Assembly: GCA_964431515.1 (NCBI GenBank)
Contig: CAYSKF010000003.1
Span: forward strand, 164,986 to 228,985
Source: an uncultured Bdellovibrio sp.
Lineage (GTDB): Bacteria; Bdellovibrionota; Bdellovibrionia; Bdellovibrionales; Bdellovibrionaceae
Direction: 5' to 3'
Length of the DNA: 64,000 nt
Part shown: piece by piece, positions 18,386 to 28,343 of the stretch
Position numbering within the stretch: position 1 is the first letter of the stretch
Layout of the letters: every line of letters begins with the position of its first letter
Made by a program: the position numbers and the translations under genes
The notes under the pieces: generated by a model
What the model saw: the letters and a program-made list of their open reading frames with translations, nothing else
The model's database searches: none
Told to the model about the DNA's origin: nothing

Positions 18386-19126
18386 CTAGTACTCTTCAAC
18401 AATTACGATCGTTTTATAGCCACGCTCGTATCTAACGCGACCATATTCATCAAGTTTAGGTTGGCCGGTCTTTATATCTAAAACTGGAATCTGCCCCTTA
18501 TCTGCACTTACGACTGCACGGTGAATCTGTTGGATGTAGTTTTTATGAACTCGCACACAACCAGAGGATGCCCTTTTACCCAACATCGCTTCACCAGCGG
18601 CCTCACCACCTGAAAGATCTGGCGGAACCTGATGCACTGCCAATCCACGAGACGCATTAAAGAATATAGCGTAAGGCATTTGAAATTTACTTTCGCCAGA
18701 GCGGTAAGAAGCACCTTCAATTCGTTTCACAGTATAGAATCCACGTGTTGTATGTCTCCAATGAGACTCGGTTGTGCCCTTAAAAATTTTGTTTAAAACT
18801 CCACGCATTGGATTGATGTATTCAATATCTTCGCGACCAGTTGATACTTTTGTCGTCAGCATCAATTGACGATTTGTATATAAACGCAATCTCTGCGCAC
18901 CAGTCCCAGATGCTGCTTTATTAATAACAATCACATTCGTGTACTGATTCAAATAAGTTTCACCCGCAAAATACACTTCTTCGTCAAACAATTGCCCACG
19001 CGGAGCTTCGTAAGACTCCTCAACCATCAATCGACTTGAAAGCTCTGAACGAGATTGTGCAAAAGATTGAGGTGAAAAGACTGAGGCAATTAAAAGCAAA
19101 GACAAAACAAAGAAAAGACGACCCAT
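18386..19126 (-). CDS. Secreted L,D-transpeptidase (YkuD family)
   Basis: Signal peptide, VSTGR, MPYAIFF, catalytic AVHQ...ASSGCVRV. Confidence 0.88.
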   Translation of the reverse strand: MGRLFFVLSLLLIASVFSPQSFAQSRSELSSRLMVEESYEAPRGQLFDEEVYFAGETYLNQYTNVIVINKAASGTGAQRLRLYTNRQLMLTTKVSTGREDIEYINPMRGVLNKIFKGTTESHWRHTTRGFYTVKRIEGASYRSGESKFQMPYAIFFNASRGLAVHQVPPDLSGGEAAGEAMLGKRASSGCVRVHKNYIQQIHRAVVSADKGQIPVLDIKTGQPKLDEYGRVRYERGYKTIVIVEEY

Positions 19127-19386
19127 AAAAACTCCCACAATTGAATTTCGTTAATCGCAAACCGTGAGAGCTTTAGCAGAATCAAAACCGAACGTCCCGC
19201 AAGTAATGACTACTGTGTAACAGTTCACCAGTGGTTTCAATTTGGACCAAGAAATTCTAAAAATTGACAAAAAGAAATCGCGCAGTTTTTTCTGCCGGCG
19301 GCAGGAAAAACGCCAACTAGTCTTACGGTCATGGCGGGATTCTTTAGAAAATACTTCGGCTTCGCCGAAGTACATAAGGCACAAAT

Positions 19387-19416
19387 AAAAAAACCGCCAA
19401 AGAGGCGGTTGTTTTA
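19387..19416 (-). terminator. Intrinsic terminator after tRNA-Val, possibly bidirectional
   Basis: AACCGCC/GGCGGTT stem with A and T tracts. Confidence 0.75.
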
Positions 19417-19418
19417 TT

Positions 19419-19494
19419 TGGTAGGGAATGCCGGATTCGAACCGACGACATCCACCTTGTAAGGGTGGCGCTCTACCAACTGAGCTAATTCCCT
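19419..19494 (-). tRNA. tRNA-Val(TAC)
   Basis: AGGGAATTAGCTCAGTTGGTAGAGCG-CCACC-CTTACAA-GGTGG...GGTTCGAATCC...TTCCCTACCA, 76 nt with encoded CCA. Confidence 0.97.
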
Positions 19495-19553
19495 ATCGTT
19501 CTGAGGCACCATTAATAACAGCGGTTTCTGATTAATGGCAACCTCTTTTTTTA

Positions 19554-20129
19554 TTATTTTAACTTTTTTATATCCTCTGAACACATTCTCTGACCAACGA
19601 AGGCAGAAATTTTCGCAATTTGCATGTGATACATATTATCCAAGCCTTGCGCATCCAATGTTCCCATCGACAACACCATCACACTAGGCACTGGAATGTT
19701 GCTGCGTAGCGGTGGGATTGGAGAATCTTTTTCATCAAAAGACGTCAACTGAACTCGATATGTAGTCCCACCCCGGCTTGTCATCTGCGCTAGAACTTTC
19801 TGATTGCGCTCGATACCAACACCAGTGGAAATCACTCGGCAAGTTTCACCGTCATATTGAGTCACTTGGAGTTGTCGGATTCCCGTAGCTTTTTCACGAA
19901 CCACTTTGAAGGCAAAGTAAGATACAAAGTCGTTTTGTTCTACTTTCCAAAATCCTTGAATATCACCCCAAGGGAATGGTTGAGCCAAAGTCCAAGGCCA
20001 TGGAACCCAGCGATCATCACTCGCGGGCATCACATGCTCTTCAACGACCTCACAATTATTTGGCACATTTGCAAAAGCAGACAGGCCAGTCAATGTCACC
20101 AATAACGATATTAAGACATTACGTAACAT
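19554..20129 (-). CDS. Secreted hypothetical protein
   Basis: Signal peptide MLRNVLISLLVTLTGLSAFA; WVPWPW motif; coupled to the upstream regulator gene. Confidence 0.75.
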   Translation of the reverse strand: MLRNVLISLLVTLTGLSAFANVPNNCEVVEEHVMPASDDRWVPWPWTLAQPFPWGDIQGFWKVEQNDFVSYFAFKVVREKATGIRQLQVTQYDGETCRVISTGVGIERNQKVLAQMTSRGGTTYRVQLTSFDEKDSPIPPLRSNIPVPSVMVLSMGTLDAQGLDNMYHMQIAKISAFVGQRMCSEDIKKLK

Positions 20130-20140
20130 GAATCCCCCCA

Positions 20141-21244
20141 TTAGTGCTCAAAATGAACTCGAGCTGCCTTATTCATGTAATAACCATTTTTAGCTCTAAA
20201 AATATATTTAGGCTTGTCATAGTCTGGTTCGATTAACTTACGTAATCTCTTGATGGTCACGTAAATTTTATTGTCATGAATCGCCGGATCATAAGGTTGT
20301 CGCCAAACGTTCTCAACCAAATATTCCTTTGAATAAATTTGTCCCTGATTCTGAACAAAAAGTCGCAATAGATCCAAAAGGATAAACTGATTTTTAAAAT
20401 CGATTTTACCCAATTTTTTCTCAATAACAGAGTGATTAGCTTCATCAAATATGAGGTCAAAATTGGTTTGCGATTCTCCACCAATTTTTTCAGACAGAGC
20501 TTTTACCATACGTCCAAGACGTCGATGGTTCTCGCCATCAACAGAACGCTGAGCCAGCGTGATATAAGTTCGCGCCATATCTTTGTCGCCGATCTCGTAA
20601 TAAGCATCAGCCAAACCACCCATCAGATAGTTAGACATCACCACGTTACGAGTTTCTTTGACAATATCGTAAGCCTTCCAAAGCACTTCAATAGCTTCGT
20701 CGTACTTTTTCATTTGCTTTAAGATGTCCGCATTTAAAAACAAAGACGCCGCTTGCAAATCAGGCATTTGATAGACTTGGAAAAAAACCTGAAGATTGTA
20801 GATCTCTTTCAATGCATCAGAAAAACGACCGATTGTGGGATGAGAATACACCATCGCCAAGCCAAAAATTGCGTGGCAAATGTCCTCTTTACTATCTGAC
20901 GCCAAAGCAATCGCAAGAGCCTTCTGGAGATAGTCCATCGCCGTTTCCATCTGCCCTTTGTAAGAAGCGCAGACTGCCAGCGTATAATAAGTCTTCGAAT
21001 TCAACTCGAAGCCTTCTTTTAATACCAAATCCTGAAGCTTTTCTTTTGCCAGATTGATTTCTTCAAATTGCTCTCGTTCAGCATAAATACGCAAAAGTAG
21101 ATTAATGCACTTCAAATATTGGGAGAAATTTTTCTCTGCAAAATAATCCTTTGAAGCAATCAATAGATGCTCCACCGCGGGAGTGAACTCTCCACGATCA
21201 GAATATAATTTACCGAGCTCAAAAGCGCGATCTACAGGACTCAT
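20141..21244 (-). CDS. TPR-repeat protein with a C-terminal OmpR-type winged-helix DNA-binding domain
   Basis: Helical repeats, then LLRLFVQNQGQIYSKEYLVENVW...IYVTIKRLRKLIEPD...GY. Confidence 0.85.
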   Translation of the reverse strand: MSPVDRAFELGKLYSDRGEFTPAVEHLLIASKDYFAEKNFSQYLKCINLLLRIYAEREQFEEINLAKEKLQDLVLKEGFELNSKTYYTLAVCASYKGQMETAMDYLQKALAIALASDSKEDICHAIFGLAMVYSHPTIGRFSDALKEIYNLQVFFQVYQMPDLQAASLFLNADILKQMKKYDEAIEVLWKAYDIVKETRNVVMSNYLMGGLADAYYEIGDKDMARTYITLAQRSVDGENHRRLGRMVKALSEKIGGESQTNFDLIFDEANHSVIEKKLGKIDFKNQFILLDLLRLFVQNQGQIYSKEYLVENVWRQPYDPAIHDNKIYVTIKRLRKLIEPDYDKPKYIFRAKNGYYMNKAARVHFEH

Positions 21245-21426
21245 AAGATTCTATAACTCCGAAGCAAAAGCTAAAACACTAGCAGGGCTTAAGGTTTTTA
21301 CAGATTGTTAGGATTTCGTCAATGTAAGACACGAGGAATTGCTTTTTATTTGGGCATTCTGAGAATTGATTTCAGCAATGTAATGTTTCGTTAGGTGTAA
21401 TTAGCCATAATGCGGTGAGTTCAAAT

Positions 21427-21457
21427 AAAAAGGCCCTCTGCGTAAGAGGGCCTTTTT
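21427..21457. terminator. Intrinsic terminator of lon (symmetric)
   Basis: AAAAAGGCCCTCT-GCGTA-AGAGGGCCTTTTT. Confidence 0.9.
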
Positions 21458-21496
21458 CACCAGGGAACTGGTTTTTAGAGCGTTATCTAGTTTCGA

Positions 21497-23986
21497 TTAA
21501 TGATGATGGATAGCCTGCCCCGTGTACTGGGCCTTCACACCAAACTCATTTTCCTTCTGAAGCTTGAAGATCTCTTTCGGCGTTTTGATGTCCAAAGCGT
21601 TGATCAAAACCTGATCCACGTGATCCACCAAAATCACTTTCAAATCCTTCATCACATCCTTAGGGATGTCCTTCAGATCTTTTTCATTTTCTTTCGGGCA
21701 GATGATAATTTTAATACCACCGCGATGGGCTGCCAAAATCTTCTCTTTCAACCCACCGATCGCCATCACGCGACCACGTAAAGAAATTTCACCTGTCATA
21801 GCCACAGTACGCTTCACTGGAACCTTCATGATTGCAGACACAATTGAAGTTGTTAGAGCGATACCTGCAGATGGGCCATCTTTTGGCACAGCTCCCTCTG
21901 GCAAATGGATATGCACATCAATATTCGAGAAGTACTCTTTGTCCAAGCCGAACAAAGGTCCTCGAGATCGCACATAACTCATCGCTGCGGCACAAGACTC
22001 TTTCATCACGTCACCCAACTGACCTGTGACTGTGAACTTTCCTTTACCTGGAACCACACTGACTTCAACAGCCAGAAGGTCACCACCCACTTCAGTCCAC
22101 GCCATACCGTTAGTAAGGCCGATTTCGTTGACCGTTTCAATCATACCGAACTTGTACTTATGTGGGCCCAGCAACTCGACAAGCTTCTGCGGAGTGACTA
22201 CGTACCCAGCATTCTTTGCTGGAGCTTTTGCAGTCTTCGCAGCCTTCTTCGAAGTCGCCTTTTTGTCGGCTTTCGCTTCAGCTTTAAAAGTCTCAACCGT
22301 TTCACCCATCACGATATCTTTTGCGACCTTACGGCAAACATTCGCCATCTGTCTTTCAAGATTACGGACACCCGCTTCGCGAGTGTAGTAACGAATGATG
22401 TCGCGAATAGTTTCGTCTTTGATCGACACCTTGTAGTCTTTCAAGCCGTGATTTTCCAACTGCTTCGGAACCAAATAGTTCTTCGCAATGTGGAACTTTT
22501 CCTGCTCGATATAACCTTCAAGATTGATGATTTCCATACGATCCAAAAGCGGTCGCGGAATTGTATGCAACGAGTTCGCAGTTGCAATGAACATCACCTT
22601 CGACAAGTCGTATTCTAACTCCAAGTAGTGATCTTGGAAGTTATGGTTTTGTTCAGGATCTAGAACTTCAAGCATCGCTGAAGCTGGATCACCGCGGAAA
22701 TCGTTGGCCATCTTGTCGATTTCATCAAGCAGGACAAGCGGATTACCCTTATCTACTTTACGCAAAGCCTGAAGGATTTTACCTGGCATCGCTCCTACGT
22801 AAGTCTTTCTATGACCGCGAATTTCCGCTTCATCTCTAACGCCGCCCAAAGAAATTCTGGCAAAAGGACGATTCAAAGATTCAGCAATCGATCTTGCTAA
22901 AGATGTCTTACCCACACCTGGAGGACCCGCCAAGCAAAGGATTGGGCCCTTCATGTCTTTCGCAATTGAAAGAACGGCAAGGTATTCCAAAATACGATCT
23001 TTCACTTTTTCTAGACCCCAGTGGTCATCATCAAGAATGCGTTTTGCGTTCTTAAGGTCATGCTTTTCCTCAGTATAATCAGCCCAAGGCAAAGACAGAA
23101 CCCAGTCAATATAGTTGCGCACAACAGTCGCTTCCGCAGACATAGGTGACATCATTTTGAGCTTTTTAATCTCTTTCATGACCTTGTCTTTGGCTTCTTG
23201 ACTCATTTTTTTATTCTTAGTTTTTACTTCAAGATCTTGAAGCTCAGCTTGATAGTCGTCTTTTTCACCAAGCTCTTTTTGAATCGCCTGCATCTGCTCA
23301 TTGAGATAGTACTCCTTCTGAGAGCGCTCCATCTGTTTCTTCACGCGAGTGCGAATCTTCTTCTCAACCTCAAGAATCTCGATCTCACCCGTCATAAGAT
23401 TCAACAAATGCTCTAAACGCTTAGAAGCATCGATGATCTCAAGAACAGTTTGTTTATCTTCAAGCTTCAAGTTCAATTGAGCGACAATGATATCAGCCAA
23501 TTCACTTGGGTTTTCGATGGTCGATACACGCATCAAAATTTCAGGTGGAATTCGCTTATTCAATTTTACGTAGGTCTCAAATGTCGACTTCACAGAACGC
23601 ACCAGGGCCTGCGCCTCGACGATATTTGTAGAGTCCTCTTCAATTTCTTCACACGCAACAACAAAGAAGTTGTCGTTGTTTACGAAATTCTTAATCTTTA
23701 CGCGACGCTTACCCTCAACCAACACTTTCACAGTTCCATCTGGCAAGCGCAAAAGCTGGATGATAGTACCGACCGTACCGATCGAAAAAATATCTTTAGG
23801 CTCAGGATTGTTAGTCTTTGCATCCCTCTGCGCGGCTAGCACAATGTCAGTTTGTTTACTCATCGCTTCTTCGAGGGCGTTTATACTTTTTTCACGGCCA
23901 ACGAATAAAGGCATCATCATATGCGGAAAAATGATGAGATCTCTTAGGGGCAAAAGTGGTAGTTGTAAGACTTTTCCCTCGCTCAT
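21497..23986 (-). CDS. lon: ATP-dependent Lon protease
   Basis: [17 protein letters not shown] and PKDGPSAG; likely start ATG 23986 after GGAGAGG. Confidence 0.97.
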   Translation of the reverse strand: MSEGKVLQLPLLPLRDLIIFPHMMMPLFVGREKSINALEEAMSKQTDIVLAAQRDAKTNNPEPKDIFSIGTVGTIIQLLRLPDGTVKVLVEGKRRVKIKNFVNNDNFFVVACEEIEEDSTNIVEAQALVRSVKSTFETYVKLNKRIPPEILMRVSTIENPSELADIIVAQLNLKLEDKQTVLEIIDASKRLEHLLNLMTGEIEILEVEKKIRTRVKKQMERSQKEYYLNEQMQAIQKELGEKDDYQAELQDLEVKTKNKKMSQEAKDKVMKEIKKLKMMSPMSAEATVVRNYIDWVLSLPWADYTEEKHDLKNAKRILDDDHWGLEKVKDRILEYLAVLSIAKDMKGPILCLAGPPGVGKTSLARSIAESLNRPFARISLGGVRDEAEIRGHRKTYVGAMPGKILQALRKVDKGNPLVLLDEIDKMANDFRGDPASAMLEVLDPEQNHNFQDHYLELEYDLSKVMFIATANSLHTIPRPLLDRMEIINLEGYIEQEKFHIAKNYLVPKQLENHGLKDYKVSIKDETIRDIIRYYTREAGVRNLERQMANVCRKVAKDIVMGETVETFKAEAKADKKATSKKAAKTAKAPAKNAGYVVTPQKLVELLGPHKYKFGMIETVNEIGLTNGMAWTEVGGDLLAVEVSVVPGKGKFTVTGQLGDVMKESCAAAMSYVRSRGPLFGLDKEYFSNIDVHIHLPEGAVPKDGPSAGIALTTSIVSAIMKVPVKRTVAMTGEISLRGRVMAIGGLKEKILAAHRGGIKIIICPKENEKDLKDIPKDVMKDLKVILVDHVDQVLINALDIKTPKEIFKLQKENEFGVKAQYTGQAIHHH

Positions 23987-24318
23987 ATCCTCTCCCTCCC
24001 TGTGGGTTAACGAGCTAACTTGTGCATAGGACACAAGCCGGAACAGTGTGGGTTAAAAATCCATATCTAACCTTCCGCCATCCCTACTCTCAGTCTAACT
24101 ATGTGTACGATTACTGTGAAGTAAATATGTATATAAAAAAAAGAGTCCTGGCCCCCTAACCATACCAGCCTCTATGCGCATTTTTAATGCACGCTAAACG
24201 ACAAAAATAAACAAAATTTTATTTCAATTGATGCAAACCCTTAGTTTCTTTCTGATTTGTAATTTCAAAAACTCGAATTTTTGTCCCCTTTTTTTTCGTT
24301 CTGTTTAATAACTGCAAT

Positions 24319-25848
24319 GTGACAAAAAGAATTACCGAGCACTGGCGAAAAAAACGAACCTCTTTATCCCTTAAGTTATTAATACTAACTTGGGCTGTCA
24401 GCTCGCTTGCGACCCTTATATTAACCGCAGTCCAGTTGACCATGGACTACAAAAGGGACCTCGACAAGTTACACAATAATTTTACGATCATTCAAAACAC
24501 TTACCTAGACTCCATGGCAGAGCACCTCTGGTCTTATGACACTCGGCTGCTCGAAATCCAAATGGATGGAATTAGTCGGCTCAATGGGATTAGCTACCTT
24601 CATCTGATTGCAGACAACAAAACGATATATCAGCTGGGTGATTCGAATCCAGGGAAGCAAAGCCATAAACAGTTCGCTATTAAACACAAGGGCACTGACG
24701 AAGTATTGGGGCAACTAGACGTTGAAGTCGACATTCAAACCTTACGCTCCAATTACTTCAAAGAAGCATTTTTGATCTTCGTAAGACAGGCAGCGAAAAC
24801 CCTCGTCGTGGTCTTCGTGCTTTACTATTTCTTTAATAAAATTCTCGTTGTCCACATCATGCACATCGCTGATTACTTAAAAGCCATGGGACGCATGAGA
24901 AACGATGACCTTCATTTGGACCGCCCCAAACAAGCGGCTGAAGACGAGCTGGACACCCTTGTCGCCTCCATCAACCTATTTCGCTCGGACTTGATGTCTG
25001 CAAACAGCAAACTAGAGACTCTTAATCTAGAGCTTGAACAAAAGGTCCGCGAGCGAACGCAGCAATTGACGACAAAGAATGAAAGCCTAGAAAAGGCCAT
25101 GCAGGAAATCAAACGAATGCAGGCCACCCTTGTTGCTCAAGAACGTTTGGCATCGCTCGGCAGTCTCACCGCAAGTGTTGCACATGAAATCCGCAATCCT
25201 CTTAATTTCGTTCTTAATTTCAGCGAACTATTAAATGAAACCGATGACCCTAATGAGGCTCGAACCATGAGTAAAATCATCCTCAAACACAGTCATCGCA
25301 TTGATCAGATCGTTCGTTCGATGCAAATTCTGTCTGGCTGGGAGAGCGATGTTCTTAAAATTACCGACATTAACGAACTCCTGAAGCAGGCGCACTCTGA
25401 AGCAATAAAAGCGCATGCGATTACTGACGAATATACTCCACCAAAAGTCACGTTCAATCTTACGGAGCCACTTGATCTTCCGGTCTATCCAACCTCTTTA
25501 ACAAGAGCACTTTATAATTTGATCGATAACTCGTTAAACTCTCTAGAAGGCAAAGGGAGCCAAATACAAAATTTTACGCCAGAAATTATCCTTACAACAA
25601 AATTGAAAGATAACATGGTGGAAATAAGTGTGCGAGACAATGGACTTGGAGTTGCTCCCTCTCTTGGTGAGAAGATTTTTGAGCCCTTTCTCTCTACCAA
25701 ACCAGCAGGACAAGGTGCTGGCCTTGGGCTGACGGTTGCTGTTAGTATTGCACAAAAACATGGGGGCATGTTGAATTACTCGAGTGACTTTGGTCACTGG
25801 ACTGAATTCATTTTATCAATTCCAATATCCAAGGAGGGGCAAGCCTAA
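24319..25848 (+). CDS. Membrane sensor histidine kinase
   Basis: Two TM helices, HAMP-like region and coiled coil, H-box AHEIRNPL, DNGLG, FEPF and GAGLGL. Confidence 0.92.
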   Translation: MTKRITEHWRKKRTSLSLKLLILTWAVSSLATLILTAVQLTMDYKRDLDKLHNNFTIIQNTYLDSMAEHLWSYDTRLLEIQMDGISRLNGISYLHLIADNKTIYQLGDSNPGKQSHKQFAIKHKGTDEVLGQLDVEVDIQTLRSNYFKEAFLIFVRQAAKTLVVVFVLYYFFNKILVVHIMHIADYLKAMGRMRNDDLHLDRPKQAAEDELDTLVASINLFRSDLMSANSKLETLNLELEQKVRERTQQLTTKNESLEKAMQEIKRMQATLVAQERLASLGSLTASVAHEIRNPLNFVLNFSELLNETDDPNEARTMSKIILKHSHRIDQIVRSMQILSGWESDVLKITDINELLKQAHSEAIKAHAITDEYTPPKVTFNLTEPLDLPVYPTSLTRALYNLIDNSLNSLEGKGSQIQNFTPEIILTTKLKDNMVEISVRDNGLGVAPSLGEKIFEPFLSTKPAGQGAGLGLTVAVSIAQKHGGMLNYSSDFGHWTEFILSIPISKEGQA

Positions 25849-26231
25849 TGCTACATATTCTTATCGTCGATGATGAGCCCGATACTCACCTCCTGTACAA
25901 CTTCAAATTCAAGAAGATATTTCCCAATCCACAGGAATTACAAATCTCCTCGTTTTTAAATGCAACTGATTGCTTTCATTACCTAAAAGAGAATCCGCAC
26001 CTGAAAGTTGATCTAATTCTCACTGATATCAATATGCCTGTTATGGATGGCTTTGAGTTTTTGCAGAAAGTTCACGATCTACATCCCAAGCTGCCGGTTT
26101 ATATGGTCAGCGCGTACGAATCTCCAGAGTTCCGCAATCGCGCTACAAATCTTGGCGCCTCACAGTTTTTAAGCAAACCCGTTGATTTTAATAAGCTTTC
26201 GATTCTCGTAAAAAAAGACCTCGGAATATAA
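25848..26231 (+). CDS. Single-domain response regulator (CheY-like)
   Basis: ILIVDDE, LTDINMPVMDG, VSA and KP; no output domain. Confidence 0.92.
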   Translation: MLHILIVDDEPDTHLLYNFKFKKIFPNPQELQISSFLNATDCFHYLKENPHLKVDLILTDINMPVMDGFEFLQKVHDLHPKLPVYMVSAYESPEFRNRATNLGASQFLSKPVDFNKLSILVKKDLGI

Positions 26232-26260
26232 AAAAAGCCCGGACGCTGGCCGGGCTTTTT
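26230..26260. terminator. Bidirectional terminator between the response regulator and clpX
   Basis: AAAAAAAGCCCGG...CCGGGCTTTTT. Confidence 0.88.
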
Positions 26261-26286
26261 AAATTCATTAAATGTTTTTTTGAAAA

Positions 26287-27579
26287 CTAGGCAGAGCTCT
26301 TCTTTTTTGCTTCTTCTTCTGCCTGAATTTCTTCTTCCGTTTTATAGACAAGAAGTGGCGCAGCTCCTTCGTTGATCACATTATCATCAATAACCACTTC
26401 CTTCACATTTGTTTTAGAAGGAATGTCGTACATGATATCCAACATGGCCGTCTCAAGAACACCGCGTAGACCACGAGCTCCCGTTTTACGTTTTAAAGCC
26501 ATTTGTGCCACAGCTCTTAGAGCTTTGTCTGTGAACTTCAGCTCAACACCTTCAAAGCTAAATAGCTTTTGATATTGCTTAGTGATGGCATTTTTAGGTC
26601 TCACTAAAATATCCATCAAGGCTTCTTCATCAAGCTGACCAAGAACAGCGATTGCTGGCAAACGACCAATAAATTCTGGAATCAATCCAAATTTAGAAAG
26701 ATCGTCTGGCTCCACCTTCGCTAACAGGTTCGAACTTTTTTCCACCTCTTCAGAAGTGCGAATGTCCGCCGCAATACCCATAGTTTTATTTGAAGTTCTA
26801 TTTTCAATGATCTTATCCAAACCAACAAAGGCACCACCAACAATAAATAGAATGTTGGTCGTATCCACTTGAATGAATTCTTGCTGTGGATGCTTACGTC
26901 CTCCTTTGGGTGGAAGATTTGCAACCGTTCCCTCAAGAATTTTCAAGAGCGCCTGCTGAACACCTTCACCGCTCACATCGCGTGTGATGGACGGGTTTTC
27001 AGACTTACGAGAAATCTTATCGATCTCGTCGACATAGATCACTCCGCGCTGAGCTTTCTCGACATCATAATCCGCAGCTTGAAGTAAATTCAACACCACG
27101 TTTTCAACGTCCTCACCCACATAACCGGCTTCGGTTAATGTTGTCGCATCTGCCATCGCAAATGGAACATTTAGGATCTTCGCAATTGTTTGTGCCAACA
27201 AAGTTTTTCCAGAGCCCGTTGGACCGATTAGCAAAATATTTGATTTTTGCATCTCAACGTCAGTGGTCTTTTTACCCTGTGACAAGGCATTCACGCGTTT
27301 ATAGTGATTATGCACCGCTACCGCCAAGGTCTTCTTCGCTTGAACCTGACCGATCACATAATCATCTAGATACGTTTTAATGTCAGCAGGCTTCGGCACT
27401 TTGAAGGTGCCTTTAACCGCCGTCTCACGATCTTTTTCCTCGTCAATAATGTCGTTACAAAGGTCAATACACTCGTCGCAGATATAGACCCCAGGGCCTG
27501 CAATAAGTTTTTTTACTTCTTTTTGACCCTTGCCGCAAAAGCTACATTTTAGTGAGCTGTTTGAGTCTTTTGTCGTCAT
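26287..27579 (-). CDS. clpX: ClpX ATPase
   Basis: CSFCGK zinc domain, GPTGSGKT and [14 protein letters not shown]. Confidence 0.97.
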   Translation of the reverse strand: MTTKDSNSSLKCSFCGKGQKEVKKLIAGPGVYICDECIDLCNDIIDEEKDRETAVKGTFKVPKPADIKTYLDDYVIGQVQAKKTLAVAVHNHYKRVNALSQGKKTTDVEMQKSNILLIGPTGSGKTLLAQTIAKILNVPFAMADATTLTEAGYVGEDVENVVLNLLQAADYDVEKAQRGVIYVDEIDKISRKSENPSITRDVSGEGVQQALLKILEGTVANLPPKGGRKHPQQEFIQVDTTNILFIVGGAFVGLDKIIENRTSNKTMGIAADIRTSEEVEKSSNLLAKVEPDDLSKFGLIPEFIGRLPAIAVLGQLDEEALMDILVRPKNAITKQYQKLFSFEGVELKFTDKALRAVAQMALKRKTGARGLRGVLETAMLDIMYDIPSKTNVKEVVIDDNVINEGAAPLLVYKTEEEIQAEEEAKKKSSA

Positions 27580-27585
27580 CTGTTG

Positions 27586-28191
27586 TTATCCTTTTTTTGC
27601 CTTACGAGATTCAACCACATGATCAATCAAGCCAAATTCTTTTGCTTGATAAGGATCCATAAAATTATCTCGCTCCATTTGCTCTCTCAAGAATTCGTAT
27701 TCACGTCCTGTATGAGTCTCGTAGATACGAGTCAATTTTTCCTTAGTTTTGATAAGCTCACGAGCATGAATTTCGATGTCTGTCACTTGTCCAGACAACC
27801 CGCCACCAGCCAAAAGCGGTTGGTGAATCATGATGCGCGTGTTCGGCAAACTATAACGTTTACCTTTGGTTCCTGCTGTTAATAGTAAAGATCCCATACT
27901 TGCTGCCATGCCCATGCAATAAGTAGCAACATCACACTTTACGAACTGCATAATGTCATAAATTGCCAAGCCTGCAGACACGCTGCCACCTGGTGAGTTG
28001 ATGTAAAGATGAATATCCTTTTCCGGGTTGTCCACCTCGAGGAAAAGAAATTGGGCTATAATAGCATTCGCAACTTCATCAGTAACTTGTGATCCCAGAA
28101 TCACAATCCGATCTTTGAGAAGGCGGGAATAAATATCATAGGATCTTTCGCCCTTAGATGTTTGCTCGATGACGTATGGAATGAGTGCCAC
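27586..28191 (-). CDS. clpP: ClpP protease subunit
   Basis: [23 protein letters not shown] and MIHQP; GTG start. Confidence 0.97.
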   Translation of the reverse strand: MALIPYVIEQTSKGERSYDIYSRLLKDRIVILGSQVTDEVANAIIAQFLFLEVDNPEKDIHLYINSPGGSVSAGLAIYDIMQFVKCDVATYCMGMAASMGSLLLTAGTKGKRYSLPNTRIMIHQPLLAGGGLSGQVTDIEIHARELIKTKEKLTRIYETHTGREYEFLREQMERDNFMDPYQAKEFGLIDHVVESRKAKKG

Positions 28192-28236
28192 TATGCTGTC
28201 TCCTGTGCTTGAGTTGTCGGTGTCATATCGTGATAC

Positions 28237-28263
28237 CTATCGGAATACTTACGTAGGACTTTA
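28237..28263 (-). promoter_or_regulatory. sigma28/FliA-type promoter of clpPX
   Basis: TAAA-N15-TCCGATAG. Confidence 0.65.
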
Positions 28264-28343
28264 TCAAAAAGACTTGGACCCGTAAAACTGCTGTGCTAAA
28301 TGTATTAACGCACAACAAAACCGAATCATTTTAAGGGGTTTTT

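Noticed and set aside
19151..19384. 77-aa ORF downstream of tRNA-Val
   Set aside because: No RBS or recognisable motif, and it crosses hairpins.
19419..19445. tRNA-Val as an integration site
   Set aside because: No duplicated 3' fragment or integrase seen.
21905..22618. 237-aa antisense ORF in lon, and similar ones opposite icd, pepA and tig
   Set aside because: Shadow ORFs caused by codon bias in highly expressed genes.
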